The position numbers and the translations under genes are program-made. From assembly GCA_021157605.1 (NCBI GenBank), contig JAGGWG010000010.1, positions 1 through 50,729 of the forward strand: DNA of 50,729 nt, given 5' to 3'. How positions within the stretch are numbered: position 1 is the first letter of the stretch; each line of letters starts with the position of its first letter. This DNA comes from a bacterium. GTDB lineage: Bacteria; Patescibacteriota; UBA1384; JAGGWG01. Positions 28,045 through 39,100 of the stretch are shown here, piece by piece. The notes beneath the pieces are model-generated. The model saw nothing but the letters and a program-made list of their open reading frames with translations. It was not told the DNA's origin and did no database searches.

Positions 28045-28577
28045 TTGGAAAATAAAACAGAAGGAGTTGGTCTCTGGACAGCCAGATCTAATCCTCAAAA
28101 ACCAGAAAGGGAGAAGCATATTAATTTTTTCCCTAAAGCTAAGGCTCTCCAGCGTCGCCTTCTGCTGGTCCAAACCCCCAAGCAAGATAATTTCCGTAGC
28201 TCTTCTGAAATTCAACACCAAAGTCGTGATGACATTTCTCTCCTTAAGGATATGGTTCAGCATGCTCTTAGGGCTTATAGGGCTGTTGAGGAGATGGATT
28301 ATACTGCTTTGGGAAAGGCAGTAGGAGAGACGTGGGAAGCTATTAAAAACTTTACTAATGGGGGGCAACAACTCCTCAAATAGATAGCTTAATTGAGACT
28401 ACAAAAAAAGCTTGTGGTGCCAAGGCTTGTGGTGCTGGAGGCGAGGGTGCTGTTGTAGTAGTTGTATTCGCTAATCCTGCCTCAAAAGAAGAGGCAGAGA
28501 AATCTATCCAGAACCCCTACCAAGTTCTGCCTTTTGAACTTGATTTTAGGGGGCTTATGATAAAAAACTCCCATTAA
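28045..28577 (+). pseudogene. GHMP-family sugar kinase remnant (HddA/heptose- or fuco-kinase-like): 5'-truncated and frameshifted
   Basis: Frame 1 gives ...LLLVQTPKQDNFRSSSEIQ...GETWEAIKNFTNGG and stops at TAG 28381-28383. Frame 3 continues from 28365 as ATTPQIDSLIETTKKACGAKACGAGGEGAVVVVVFANP...*, the GHMP C-terminal domain, ending at TAA 28575-28577. The shift falls at the G6 run 28360-28365. The N-terminal half with the PxGSGLGSS ATP motif is absent. Confidence 0.7.
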
Positions 28578-28583
28578 TAGATT

Positions 28584-28618
28584 AGAGGCAAGCTTAATAG
28601 CTTGCCTCTTTTTGTTTG
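28584..28618 (+). terminator. Rho-independent terminator
   Basis: AGAGGCAAGC (28584-28593), loop TTAATA, GCTTGCCTCT (28600-28609), followed by TTTTGTTTG. Confidence 0.7.
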
Positions 28619-28637
28619 CTGTGTTAAGCTCAGGGCT

Positions 28638-29942
28638 ATGTCTTTAATCAAAATTGAAGTCAACAAAAAAGATTTACCTGCTTCTACTGTTCAGCTGGAA
28701 ATCAAAGTTCCTTTTGATGAGTGGCGGAGATTTGAATTAAGGATTACTTCGCGTTTGGCGCAGGGTTTAAAAATCCCCGGTTTCAGGCCCGGTAAAGCGC
28801 CGTTGAATTTAGTCAAAAACCAGTTGGAAGAAGAGAAAATCGCCCAGGAAGTTTTAGAGGAGATTTTACCTTTGAGCTATGCTGAAGCAGTAAAAAAGAC
28901 AAAAATAAGACCTGTTGGCCCGCCTAAAATAAAAATTACTCAATTTGAGAAGGGCAAAGATTTTATTTACACTGCTGAGTGTGCTCTTTGGCCAAAGTTT
29001 AATTTGCCTGATTACCGAAAAATTAAAGTTAAAAAACCCAAAGTAGAGGTTGAAGATAAAGAGGTTGAGAGAGAGATCAAACTTTTGCGCAAGAGATTGG
29101 CTTCTGTTCGTCCGAAAAAAGGCGTTATTAAAAAAGGAGATAGAGTTTTAGTGGATTATCAGGGATCAATAAAAGGGAAAAGTCTCCCTGAACTTAACAA
29201 AAAAGATGTGTGGTTAATTGTGGGAGAAACAGTTATTTTGCCGGGTTTTGGGGAAAAGATAGTTGGCAAAAAGAAGGGAGAGACAGTCAAATTTACTCTT
29301 AATTTGCCTAAGGATTTTGTCCAAAAAGGTTTAGCTGGTCAAAAGATAACTTTTAATGTTTTAATTAAAAAAGTTGAAAAAATAGTTTTACCTTCAAGCC
29401 AAGAATTAGTAAAAAAATTAGGTCACAAAGATGAGAAAGAGATGAAGCAGAAAATAAAAGGGTTTATAAAACAACAAAAGGAAAGTGAAGCAGAGAAAAA
29501 ATGGGAAGCAGAAATTGTTTCTGAAATTGTAAAGAAAACAAAAATTCAACTTTCTCCTTATTTGGTTGATCAGGAAAGAGATCGTTTGCTACAACAACTA
29601 TCTCAGGATTTAGCTTTACAGGGTGCTACTTTAGATCGTTTTTTAGAAAGCGGCAAAATCTCTAAAGATGATTTGGCTGATCAATTGAAAAAGCAAGCAG
29701 AGAATAACTTAAAATCTTCTTTTGTTTTGCATGCTATTGCTGACAAAGAAAAGATAAGGATTGAAGATAAGGAGGTTGATGAGTCCTTAGAGCAAGAGAG
29801 AACTCGTTTGCGTTTACAAGGTTATCCTGAAAGTGAGACTGAAAGTCAGCTTAAAAATCCCGAAATAAAGGCTCAAGTAAAAACCCAGCTAAAATTAGCC
29901 AAAACTCTTAATTTTTTGAAATCTCTTCACAAAAAGGGCTAA
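28638..29942 (+). CDS. tig: Trigger factor
   Basis: N-terminus MSLIKIEVNKKDLPASTVQLEIKVP...IPGFRPGKAP, then a PPIase and a C-terminal domain. The ATG at 28638 is preferred over the track's TTG at 28602, which lies inside the terminator. Confidence 0.9.
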   Translation: MSLIKIEVNKKDLPASTVQLEIKVPFDEWRRFELRITSRLAQGLKIPGFRPGKAPLNLVKNQLEEEKIAQEVLEEILPLSYAEAVKKTKIRPVGPPKIKITQFEKGKDFIYTAECALWPKFNLPDYRKIKVKKPKVEVEDKEVEREIKLLRKRLASVRPKKGVIKKGDRVLVDYQGSIKGKSLPELNKKDVWLIVGETVILPGFGEKIVGKKKGETVKFTLNLPKDFVQKGLAGQKITFNVLIKKVEKIVLPSSQELVKKLGHKDEKEMKQKIKGFIKQQKESEAEKKWEAEIVSEIVKKTKIQLSPYLVDQERDRLLQQLSQDLALQGATLDRFLESGKISKDDLADQLKKQAENNLKSSFVLHAIADKEKIRIEDKEVDESLEQERTRLRLQGYPESETESQLKNPEIKAQVKTQLKLAKTLNFLKSLHKKG

Positions 29943-29978
29943 ATGTGCTACATTGTCAGAGGTTAATAATTGTGTCTT

Positions 29979-30608
29979 ATGAAGAAAAGGGTTAAGACTA
30001 AACTCCAAGGCGTAGTTCCTATGGTGGTAGAAAAAGGGCCTTTTGGCGAAAGGGCTTATGATATATTCAGCCGCTTGCTTAAGGAACGAATAGTTTTTAT
30101 TGGTGGTCCTATTAATGATGAAGTGGCTAATCTTGTTATTGCCCAGCTTTTATTTTTAGAAGCTGAAGATGAGTCCAAAGATATCTATCTATATATAAAT
30201 AGCCCCGGAGGGGAGGTAAATGCCGGTTTAGCTATTTATGATACTATGCAGTATATTAAGCCAGATGTGGCTACTGTGTGTGTAGGTATAGCGGCTTCAA
30301 TGGGAGCATTTTTACTTGCTGGAGGAGCTAAAGGAAAGCGTTATATCTTGCCTAATGCCCGCGTAATGCTTCATCAAGTGGCTGGTGGGACCGAAGGTCA
30401 AGCTACTGATATTAAAATACGCGCTCAAGAAATTTTAAGATTAAAACGCTTGATTAACAAAATTCTGGCTGAAAGAACAGGGAAAACTTTAGAAAAAATA
30501 GAGAAAGACACAGACAGGGACTTTTTTATGGGAGCTAAGGAAGCAAAGCAGTATGGAGTGGTGGACGAGATTCTTTTTCCTTCTGGTAAAAATAAAAAGG
30601 AGGCTTAA
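29979..30608 (+). CDS. clpP: ATP-dependent Clp protease proteolytic subunit
   Basis: [29 protein letters not shown], catalytic Ser ([11 protein letters not shown]) and His (MLHQ). Start taken at ATG 29979. Confidence 0.95.
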   Translation: MKKRVKTKLQGVVPMVVEKGPFGERAYDIFSRLLKERIVFIGGPINDEVANLVIAQLLFLEAEDESKDIYLYINSPGGEVNAGLAIYDTMQYIKPDVATVCVGIAASMGAFLLAGGAKGKRYILPNARVMLHQVAGGTEGQATDIKIRAQEILRLKRLINKILAERTGKTLEKIEKDTDRDFFMGAKEAKQYGVVDEILFPSGKNKKEA

Positions 30609-31802
30609 TTGCCCCCTTTATTGTCCTTAGATACAATTCTTAAAATAAAACATTCTCTTCTCTCTACACTAAAGAAAGTTTTTTCTTTTAGTTTTTGGCT
30701 TAATGCTATAAGACTCTTTTTTATTTCTTTTAGGCGTGAAGGCAAATATATTATTGTTTTCAAAAGGAAGTTTGATGTCTCCTCTTTTATTCCTTATACT
30801 CCTGTAGTTTCTATAGTAGGGTTTGTAGTAATTGGCTATCTTATAAGTGGAGGATCATTAAGTTTAGCGACCACTGATTTTGTAGTTTGGGATGAAGCAG
30901 TAGTGGCGTCAGCTATTGAGGGCATAGATCCTTATACTCCTTTAGTTGAAGAAAAAAAGACTGTGTTTTTAGCTACTTTAAAAAAAGAGGTAGAGAAACC
31001 TCAGTTGGCTCTTACTGAAGGAGGAATCTATATTGGTCCTCAAACAACCTCTATTAAAGTAGAAACGCCTGCTGAGAAGGAAGAAAGAAAAGAGGTAATT
31101 GAGTATAGGGTTCAGTCAGGAGATACTCTTTCTGCAATAGCCCAGAAGTTCGGTTTAAAAATTGACACGCTTAAATGGGCTAATAATATTTCTAATGTTG
31201 ATCAGATTAAGCCAGGGCAAGTTTTAAAGATTCCACCTACAGATGGAGTACTTTACACAGTTAGGCGGGGGGATACTTTATTGGCAATTGTGCAAAAGTA
31301 TAAAGGGGATTTACAAAAGACTCTTGCTGTAAATGGACTTGAAGATGCTTCCAAGATTTATGAAGGGCAGAAAATTTTAATTGCTGGTGGTAAAATCACT
31401 GTTAGCCGCTCTTATACTGCTTCTAACTCACGTTCCACTACATCTACATCAAGAAGTTCTAACACTACTGCGAGGTATGTGCCCAGAGGGAGCTACCCCA
31501 ATCGTTTTCCTTATGGTTGGTGCACTTGGTATGTTGCCAGCCGCCGTTATATACCTTGGAGCGGGCATGCACGAACTTGGTATTGGCAAGCAAAATCATA
31601 TGGTTATGCTGTTGGTTCGACCCCGCGGCCGGGAGCAATTGTGGTGATGCGAGAAAGTTGGTGGGGGCATGTGGCTATTGTGGAAGCAGTCTATGGTTCA
31701 AGTTTCTTGATCTCAGAAATGAACGGAGTTGCTGGGTGGGGTAGGGTAGGTCGTAGGGTTATTCCTAATAATTATTCGGCAATTATAGGTTTTATTTATT
31801 AA
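30609..31802 (+). CDS. Membrane-anchored peptidoglycan hydrolase with two LysM repeats and a C-terminal CHAP domain
   Basis: LysM repeats YRVQSGDTLSAIAQKFG...IKPGQVLKIP and YTVRRGDTLLAIVQKY.... CHAP Cys (YGWCTWYVASRR) and His (GHVAIVEAV). TTG start directly after the clpP TAA, with AAGGAGG upstream. Confidence 0.8.
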   Translation: MPPLLSLDTILKIKHSLLSTLKKVFSFSFWLNAIRLFFISFRREGKYIIVFKRKFDVSSFIPYTPVVSIVGFVVIGYLISGGSLSLATTDFVVWDEAVVASAIEGIDPYTPLVEEKKTVFLATLKKEVEKPQLALTEGGIYIGPQTTSIKVETPAEKEERKEVIEYRVQSGDTLSAIAQKFGLKIDTLKWANNISNVDQIKPGQVLKIPPTDGVLYTVRRGDTLLAIVQKYKGDLQKTLAVNGLEDASKIYEGQKILIAGGKITVSRSYTASNSRSTTSTSRSSNTTARYVPRGSYPNRFPYGWCTWYVASRRYIPWSGHARTWYWQAKSYGYAVGSTPRPGAIVVMRESWWGHVAIVEAVYGSSFLISEMNGVAGWGRVGRRVIPNNYSAIIGFIY

Positions 31803-31811
31803 TTTTTAAAA

Positions 31812-32804
31812 ATGAAGTTTTGGGATGAAGTGGTTGTTAAGGTTGTGGCTGGTAAAGGAGGGGATGGTTTAGTAAGTTTTTTTCGCGAACGCATAAATGC
31901 CAGAGGAGGTCCAGATGGTGGTGATGGAGGAGATGGAGGAGATGTTGTTATTTTTTCTGATCCTAGCTTAAGCGATCTTTCTTATTTTTCTCACCAAAGA
32001 TTTTTACGGGCGCAGAATGGTAAAAATGGAGGTAAAAACAGGCGGCAAGGCAAAAGGGGAGCGGATTTAAGAGTTGGTGTTCCTGTGGGAACTGTGGTTT
32101 ATGAATGGAATGAGAAATTTGCTTGGCAAAGGGTTTTTGATTTTAATAAACCCAATTTGGAGTTTAGGGTAGCTAAAGGAGGAAAAGGAGGGTGGGGCAA
32201 TGCTCATTTTGTTAGCGCTGTGCGTCGTTCTCCACGAGTAGCTTTGCCAGGAGAAAAGGGGGAGAGAAAAAAGATAAAACTTGTTCTCAAACTTATTGCT
32301 GAGGTCGGCTTGATTGGTTTGCCTAACGCCGGTAAATCTACTCTTTTGAGTGTTCTTTCTTCAGCCCGTCCCAAGATTGCTGCCTATCCTTTTACTACCC
32401 TGATTCCTCATTTGGGTGTTTTAAAATGTCCTACTGGCAAGGTAGTTATTGCTGATATCCCGGGGCTAATTCAAGGTGCTCATAAAGGTAGAGGTTTGGG
32501 GGATAGGTTTTTGAAGCATATTGAAAGGACAAAAATTTTAGTTTGGCTTATTGATTCTAGTAGCAGTTCTCCAGTAGAGGATTATCGGATTTTAAAAAAA
32601 GAGCTTTCTTCTTATAAACCGGGTCTTTTAGGAAAACAAAAGATTTTGGTGTTAACGAAAATTGATATTGCTTCTGATTGGCGGGAAAAAATGAAGGTTT
32701 TGCAGAGGGAGGTAAAAGATTTAATTATCCCTATTTCTGCAGCTACTCATCAGGGTTTAAAAAAGTTAATTTTAGCTATTTGTCAGGAAACAAAAAAGCC
32801 ATAA
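31812..32804 (+). CDS. obg: GTPase Obg/CgtA
   Basis: Gly-rich Obg fold (GGDGGDGGDV, GGKGGWGN) and G-domain motifs GLPNAGKST, DIPGLI and TKID. Confidence 0.95.
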   Translation: MKFWDEVVVKVVAGKGGDGLVSFFRERINARGGPDGGDGGDGGDVVIFSDPSLSDLSYFSHQRFLRAQNGKNGGKNRRQGKRGADLRVGVPVGTVVYEWNEKFAWQRVFDFNKPNLEFRVAKGGKGGWGNAHFVSAVRRSPRVALPGEKGERKKIKLVLKLIAEVGLIGLPNAGKSTLLSVLSSARPKIAAYPFTTLIPHLGVLKCPTGKVVIADIPGLIQGAHKGRGLGDRFLKHIERTKILVWLIDSSSSSPVEDYRILKKELSSYKPGLLGKQKILVLTKIDIASDWREKMKVLQREVKDLIIPISAATHQGLKKLILAICQETKKP

Positions 32805-32817
32805 TTTTATTTTATTC

Positions 32818-32846
32818 TTGACAGATTTTGTTTATTGCTTTAACAT
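32818..32846 (+). promoter_or_regulatory. Candidate promoter upstream of rpoB (TTGACA-17-TAACAT)
   Basis: -35 at 32818-32823, 17-nt spacer, -10 at 32841-32846. Confidence 0.35.
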
Positions 32847-32920
32847 AAGTGAGGTTGTAATTTTCGTTGTGGATAAATTTTTCCTAGAGAAGTAGTATTA
32901 GAAATTTTTTAAAAAATTAC

Positions 32921-32952
32921 CCCGCTCAGGGCGGGAAGTTATTTTTTGTCTC
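32921..32952 (+). terminator. Short GC hairpin plus T-run in the obg-rpoB spacer (obg terminator or rpoB leader attenuator)
   Basis: CCCGC (32921-32925) pairs with GCGGG (32931-32935) around a 5-nt loop, followed by AAGTTATTTTTTG. Confidence 0.35.
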
Positions 32953-32978
32953 TGCTTTTTTCTAATTAAAATTTAAAG

Positions 32979-35900
32979 ATGCCTAAAAGAAAATTCTTTT
33001 TTGAAGCCCCAGCTCATCCTTTAGACAACCTTATCCAAATCCAAATTGATTCTTACCGTCATTTTCTTGAGAAGGGGTTAAGAGAATTGTTTGATGAGGT
33101 TTCTCCCATTGAAGACTTTGGAGGCGAGCTATTTTCTTTGCGTTTTGGGGATTATTTTTTTGAAAAACCAAAATCAGATCCTTTGGAATGCAGAGAAAAT
33201 AATTTGACCTACAAAGCCTCTCTTCGCTGTCGGGTTATTTTGGAAAACAAAAAGACCAAAGAGATAAAAGAGCAGGAAATATATCTTGGCGATTTTCCAA
33301 TGATGACTGATAGAGGGACTTTTATTATTAATGGTATAGAGAGGGTGATTGTTAATCAGATTCTTCGCTCTTATGGGGTGCTTTTTGTGGCTGATTTATC
33401 AGGAGGAGAGAAGTTGTTTGGTGCTAAATTGATTCCTGCTCGGGGAGCTTGGTTGGAGTTTGAGACCTCTCCGCGAGGAGAAATCTATGTCAAAATTGAT
33501 AGACGCAGACGCATTCCTATTACTGCTTTCTTGCGGTTTTTAGGATACGAGAGTGATGCTGAAATAAAATCTCTTTTTAAGAAAGAATTAAAAGATGCTC
33601 CAGTTGACTACATTGAGAATACTTTAAAGAAAGATATTTCCAAAAACTCTGATGATGCTTGTGTCTTTATCTATCGGCAGATGCGTCCTGGTGATTTGAC
33701 TACAGCTAAAAATGCTCGCAGCTTTTTGGAAGCCACCTTTTTTAATCTACGTCGTTATGATTTTGGTTCAGTTGGTCGTTATAAGATCAACGAGAGGTTG
33801 AAACTTGATTTTCCTATTAAGCTTAAATATAGGATTTTGCAAAAAGAAGATGTGGTAGAAACAGTACGAGAAATTATCAGATTAAACTCTGATCTTCACG
33901 CTAATCCTGATGATATTGATCATCTTGCCAGCAGAAGAGTACGGAGTGTGGGGGAGTTGGTACAAGACAGAGTTCGGATTGGTCTTCTGAGAATGGAGAG
34001 AATTATTAAAGACCGCATGAGTGTGGCTGATCCTTTAGTTGTTACGCCGGCAAGCTTGATCAATGCTCGCCCTATTACGGCTGTTTTGCAAGAGTTTTTT
34101 GCCTCTTCTCAGCTTTCTCAGTTTATGAACCAAACCAATCCTTTGGCAGAGTTAGAGCATAAACGTACTGTTGCGGCTACAGGTCCGGGGGGTCTTTCCA
34201 GAGAAAGGGCTGGTTTTGAGGTAAGAGATGTTCATGTTTCCCACTATGGTCGTATTTGTCCTGTGGAAACTCCAGAAGGGCCTAATATCGGTTTGGTAAC
34301 CTATTTAGCTTCTTATGCCCGAATTAATGAGTATGGTTTCTTAGAGACTCCTTACCGAAAAATTAAGCATACAAAAAGAGGTTCTTATATTACCAACGAA
34401 ATAGAATATCTTTCTGCTTCAGAGGAAGAGAACTATGTGATTGCTCCTGCTGATATACCTTTAAACGAAAAAGGAAGAATTTTAGTTGATCAGGTAATGG
34501 CTCGCCATCAGGGTCATCCTGACTTCTTCCCAGTGAAAAAGTTGGATTATATTGATGCCGCTCCCAACCAGATTGTTTCCATTAGCACTTCCCTAATTCC
34601 TTTTTTAGAGAATACAGACGCAGCTCGAGCTTTAATGGGTTCAAATATGCAGAGGCAGGCTTTACCTTTAGTCAAGCCTGAAGCGCCTATTGTTGGTACA
34701 GGGATAGAAGAAGCAGTAGGTAAGGCTTCAGGTATGGTTATTTTAGCTGAAAAGGCAGGCAAGGTTGTAGAGGTAGATGCAAGAAAGATTGTGGTTGAAA
34801 ATGCTAAAAAACAGCGGAAGACTTATAAATTATTTAACTTTATTCGTTCCAACCAGTCTACTTCTTTGCACCAGCGGCCAATTGTTAATGAAGGTGATCG
34901 GGTAAGAAAAGGTCAAGTTTTGACTGATTGTCTTTCTACGGATAAAGGCGAGATTGCTTTAGGGAAAAATGTTTTAGTCGCTTTTATGAGTTGGCAGGGT
35001 CTTAATTATGAGGACGCGATTATTGTTTCTGAACGTTTAGTCTCTGATGATGTTTATAGTTCAATCTATATTGACGAATACGAAACAGAAGTAAGAGAGA
35101 CCAAGTTGGGTCCAGAGTTGGTAACCCGTGATATTCCCAACGTAAGTGAAGAGGCATTAAGAAATTTAGATGAAAATGGAATTGTCAGGATTGGTGCTGA
35201 AGTAAACTCAAGGGATATTTTGGTAGGTAAGATTACTCCTAAAGGTGAAACTGAATTATCAGGTGAAGAGAGGCTTTTGCGTGCTATTTTTGGCGAAGAA
35301 GCTAAAGATGTAAAAGATAGCTCTTTGCGTCTTCCCCATGGCGTAAGAGGTAAAGTGATTGGAGTTAAAATTTTCTCCCGCGAAAAAGGAGACGAACTTC
35401 CACCCGGTGTTTTAATGAAAATTCATGTGGTAGTGGCTCAGCTGAGAAAGATAACAGAAGGGGATAAATTAGCAGGAAGGTATGGTAATAAGGGGGTGAT
35501 TGCCAAAATTCTGCCTGTTGAGGATATGCCGGTGCTTGCTGATGGAACTCCTGTAGATGTGATTTTGAATCCTTTGGGAGTTGTCTCCAGAATGAATTTA
35601 GGTCAGTTAATGGAAATTCATTTGAGCTGGGCAGCCAAAAAACTGAATAAAATGGTTGCTGCCCCAGTATTTAGAGGTCCTACTTTAGAAATGATTCAGA
35701 AGGAGCTTAAAAAAGCTGGTTTGCCTGAGGATGGGAAAGTGCAGCTTATAGACGGGCGTACTGGTGAACCTTTTAAAGAAAGAACAACTGTGGGTTATCT
35801 GTATATTATGAAGCTCATTCATATGGTTGAGGACAAGATTCATGCTCGCTCTATTGGTCCTTATTCAATGATTACTCAACAGCCTCTTGGTGGTAAAGCT

Positions 35901-36161
35901 CAATTCGGAGGTCAGAGATTTGGAGAAATGGAGGTTTGGGCTTTGGAAGCTTATGGGGCCGCTCATACTTTACAGGAAATGCTTACTATTAAATCAGATG
36001 ACGTGGCTGGTCGTTCAAAAACCTATGAAGCCATTATCAAGGGCGAAAATATTGTAGAGCCAGCTGTTCCTGAGTCTTTTAATGTCTTGGTAAAAGAATT
36101 GCAGGGTTTAGGCTTGAAGTTGGATTTTCTTAAAAATAAAGATTTGCCCCAAAAGAAATAA
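32979..36161 (+). CDS. rpoB: DNA-directed RNA polymerase subunit beta
   Basis: 1060 aa with conserved blocks FFASSQLSQFMNQTNPLAELEHKRT, GRYGNKGV and GGQRFGEMEVWALEAYGAA. Confidence 0.98.
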   Translation: MPKRKFFFEAPAHPLDNLIQIQIDSYRHFLEKGLRELFDEVSPIEDFGGELFSLRFGDYFFEKPKSDPLECRENNLTYKASLRCRVILENKKTKEIKEQEIYLGDFPMMTDRGTFIINGIERVIVNQILRSYGVLFVADLSGGEKLFGAKLIPARGAWLEFETSPRGEIYVKIDRRRRIPITAFLRFLGYESDAEIKSLFKKELKDAPVDYIENTLKKDISKNSDDACVFIYRQMRPGDLTTAKNARSFLEATFFNLRRYDFGSVGRYKINERLKLDFPIKLKYRILQKEDVVETVREIIRLNSDLHANPDDIDHLASRRVRSVGELVQDRVRIGLLRMERIIKDRMSVADPLVVTPASLINARPITAVLQEFFASSQLSQFMNQTNPLAELEHKRTVAATGPGGLSRERAGFEVRDVHVSHYGRICPVETPEGPNIGLVTYLASYARINEYGFLETPYRKIKHTKRGSYITNEIEYLSASEEENYVIAPADIPLNEKGRILVDQVMARHQGHPDFFPVKKLDYIDAAPNQIVSISTSLIPFLENTDAARALMGSNMQRQALPLVKPEAPIVGTGIEEAVGKASGMVILAEKAGKVVEVDARKIVVENAKKQRKTYKLFNFIRSNQSTSLHQRPIVNEGDRVRKGQVLTDCLSTDKGEIALGKNVLVAFMSWQGLNYEDAIIVSERLVSDDVYSSIYIDEYETEVRETKLGPELVTRDIPNVSEEALRNLDENGIVRIGAEVNSRDILVGKITPKGETELSGEERLLRAIFGEEAKDVKDSSLRLPHGVRGKVIGVKIFSREKGDELPPGVLMKIHVVVAQLRKITEGDKLAGRYGNKGVIAKILPVEDMPVLADGTPVDVILNPLGVVSRMNLGQLMEIHLSWAAKKLNKMVAAPVFRGPTLEMIQKELKKAGLPEDGKVQLIDGRTGEPFKERTTVGYLYIMKLIHMVEDKIHARSIGPYSMITQQPLGGKAQFGGQRFGEMEVWALEAYGAAHTLQEMLTIKSDDVAGRSKTYEAIIKGENIVEPAVPESFNVLVKELQGLGLKLDFLKNKDLPQKK

Positions 36162-36179
36162 TTAAACTAATTTTAAGGT

Positions 36180-39100
36180 ATGGCTAAGGCAACTAAAGGA
36201 AAAGCTCAAGGTATAGAGATTCTACCTGAAAGCATTGAGTCTTTTGACTTTCTCCGTTTAGGTATTGCTTCACCGGAGGAAATTCTTAGTTGGTCTAATG
36301 GTGAAGTGACAAAGCCGGAAACAATTAATTACCGCACTCAGCGTCCTGAACGCGATGGTTTGTTTTGTGAGAAAATTTTTGGGCCAGTAAAAAACTATGA
36401 GTGTAGTTGTGGCAAGTATAAATCCGCTCGTTACAAAGGAATGATTTGTGATCGTTGTGGTGTTGAAGTCACCCACGCTTCAGTTAGACGAAGACGTATG
36501 GGACATATTGAATTAGCTGTTCCTTGTGCTCATATATGGTATGTTCATGGAGTTCCTTCCCGTTTGGCTTTAGTCTTGGATATTAGTTCTAATGATCTTG
36601 AAAAAGTTATTTATTTTGGTGGTTTTATTATTAAAGAAGTAGATGAAGAACTTAAGAAGAAGACATCGGAACAGCTGAAAAAAGAATATGGGGAGTATCA
36701 AAAAGAGATTACCCAAAAAATTAAACAGGCTGATAAGAAAGAGAAAACAAAACTTTTGGAGAAAAAATCTCAGGTTGAAAGAGCTTTTGTCAAAGGTAAA
36801 GAAGAGTTGCAGAATTTGCGCGTTAAAAAAGTTATTTCTGAAGACGAATACTATGATTTAATTACTAAGTATGGTCAAATTGTTAAAGTTGGTATTGGTG
36901 CTGAAGCCATTGCCGAGCTTTTAGAAGCTATGGATTTGGAAAAGGAAATTAAAGAGATGGAGAAAAAACTTAGCAAATATACTGAGAAGCAAAGGCCTAA
37001 AAGAATAGTTTACAGACTCAAGTTGTTCTACCAAATGAAGAAGGCCAATATCAGGCCCGAATGGATGATTATAAAAGTCCTACCTGTTATCCCTCCTGAC
37101 TTAAGGCCAATGGTCCAGCTTGATGGCGGTCGTTTTGCTGCTTCAGATTTAAATGATCTTTATCGCCGGGTTATTAGCCGAAATAATCGCCTGAAAAGAT
37201 TAATGCAAGAAGGGGCTCCAGAAGTTATTTTGCGTAATGAAAAAAGAATGCTCCAGGAAGCAGTTGATGCTTTAATTGACAACAGCGCTCGTGGGCAAAA
37301 AGCAGCGATGACTACTTCGGGTAGAAGAGCACTTAAGTCTCTTTCAGATATGTTACGCGGCAAGCAAGGGAGATTTCGTCAAAATCTTTTAGGTAAGCGG
37401 GTTGATTATTCTGGTCGCAGCGTTATTGTGGTTGGGCCTGAATTAAAGTTTCACCAATGCGGTATTCCTAAACATATGGCATTGGAAATTTTTCGGCCTT
37501 TTGTTATTGCCAAACTTTTAGAAAAAGAAACTGCTAACAATATCAAGCATGCTAATCAGTTGGTAGAACAAGAGATACCTGAAGTTTGGGAAGTTTTAGG
37601 TGAGATTATCAAAAATTATGTAGTGCTTTTAAACCGAGCGCCTACTCTTCACCGTTTAGGTATTCAAGCATTTGAACCCGTTTTGGTAGAGGGCAAAGCT
37701 ATCAGGATTCATCCTTTGATTTGTGAGGCTTATAACGCTGATTTTGATGGAGATCAAATGGCTGTATTTTTGCCTCTTAGTAAGAAAGCACAGGAAGAAG
37801 CAAAAGCGTTAATGGCTTCTAGTGTTAATTTGCTTAAACCTGCTTCAGGCAGACCAATTGTGACACCCAAGCAGGATATGGTATGGGGTTTGTACTACCT
37901 TACTTATTTGGATGACAAGCAAAAAGCCAAAAAATATTTTGGTTCTGAAGAGGAAATTTTAGTTGCTTATTGGACAGGACATTTGGATCTGCAAGAAAAG
38001 GTAAAGATAAAAATCAAGGAAGGAGATGTTATTGAAACTTCTTGCGGCAGAGTGATTCTTAATCAAGTTTTACCTCCTAATCTACGTTTCTTTAATGACT
38101 TGGTAGACAAAAAAGCAATGTCTCGTTTAATTGCTAAGAGTTTTGAATTTTTGGGTAAAGAAAAAACTGTTGAGTTAATAGACGACTTAAAGACTTTAGG
38201 TGTATACTTTGCCACTGTTTTTGGTACTACTATTTCAATGGCGGATATTGTTATTCCCAAGGAGAAAAAGCAGATTTTAGCGAAAGCGGAAAAAGAAGTT
38301 AAAAATATACGGAAGCAGTTTGAACAAGGTATGATTACCAATGAGGAACGTCATTTGATGATTGTAGATGTTTGGTCTAAAGCTCGGGGAGAACTGGAGA
38401 AAAAGATGCTTACTGCTTACTCTCCTTTGAACCCTGTTTACTCTATGGTTCTTTCTGGAAGTCGGGGTAGTGTAGCTCAGCTTAGCCAGCTCTCTGGTAT
38501 GAAAGGGTTGGTGGTCAGTCCTTCAGGGAGAATTATTGATCTTCCTGTTAAGGCCAACTATAAAGAAGGGCTTGGTGTGCTTGAATACTTTATTTCTTCT
38601 CATGGTGCTAGAAAAGGACGGACCGATACTGCTTTAAGAACTTCAGAAGCAGGTTATCTGACTCGGCGTTTGGTTGATGTTGCCCAAGATATTATTGTAG
38701 AAGAGGAAGATTGTGGGACAAAAGAGGGGATTACTTTGCGGCGGGAAGAGGAAGCTGATTTTGTCCTCTCTTTACGTGGTCGCGTAGTTCTTAAAGATGT
38801 GAAGAACAAAAAAGGAAAGATATTAATTAAAAAAGGAGAGTTAATTACTCAGGAATTAGCACAAAAAATAGCTGAAGAAGTGGAAGAGGTAGAGGTTCGT
38901 TCGCCTTTAACCTGTGCTTCTCCATATGGTATCTGCCAGAAGTGTTATGGTGAGGATTTGGCTCGAGGAGAGATGGCAGAATTAGGAACTGCTGTGGGTA
39001 TTATGGCAGCTCAGGCAATTGGTGAGCCCGGTACCCAGCTGACTATGAGAACGTTCCATGTTGGTGGCGTAGCCGGAGAAGATATTACTCAAGGTTTGCC

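Noticed and set aside
27943-28371. A 142-aa minus-strand ORF and an 85-aa plus-strand ORF (28067-28324) over the GHMP remnant.
   Set aside because: Frames 1 and 3 of the plus strand give recognisable GHMP-kinase sequence. The other frames show no motifs and are by-products of the decayed gene.
28602-28637. TTG-initiated N-terminal extensions proposed by the ORF track for tig (28602), clpP (29970) and murC (46461).
   Set aside because: Homologous N-termini begin at the downstream ATGs (28638 MSLIKIEV..., 29979, and 46500 MSDFNLKK...IHFVGIKG). The tig extension would start inside the upstream terminator stem.
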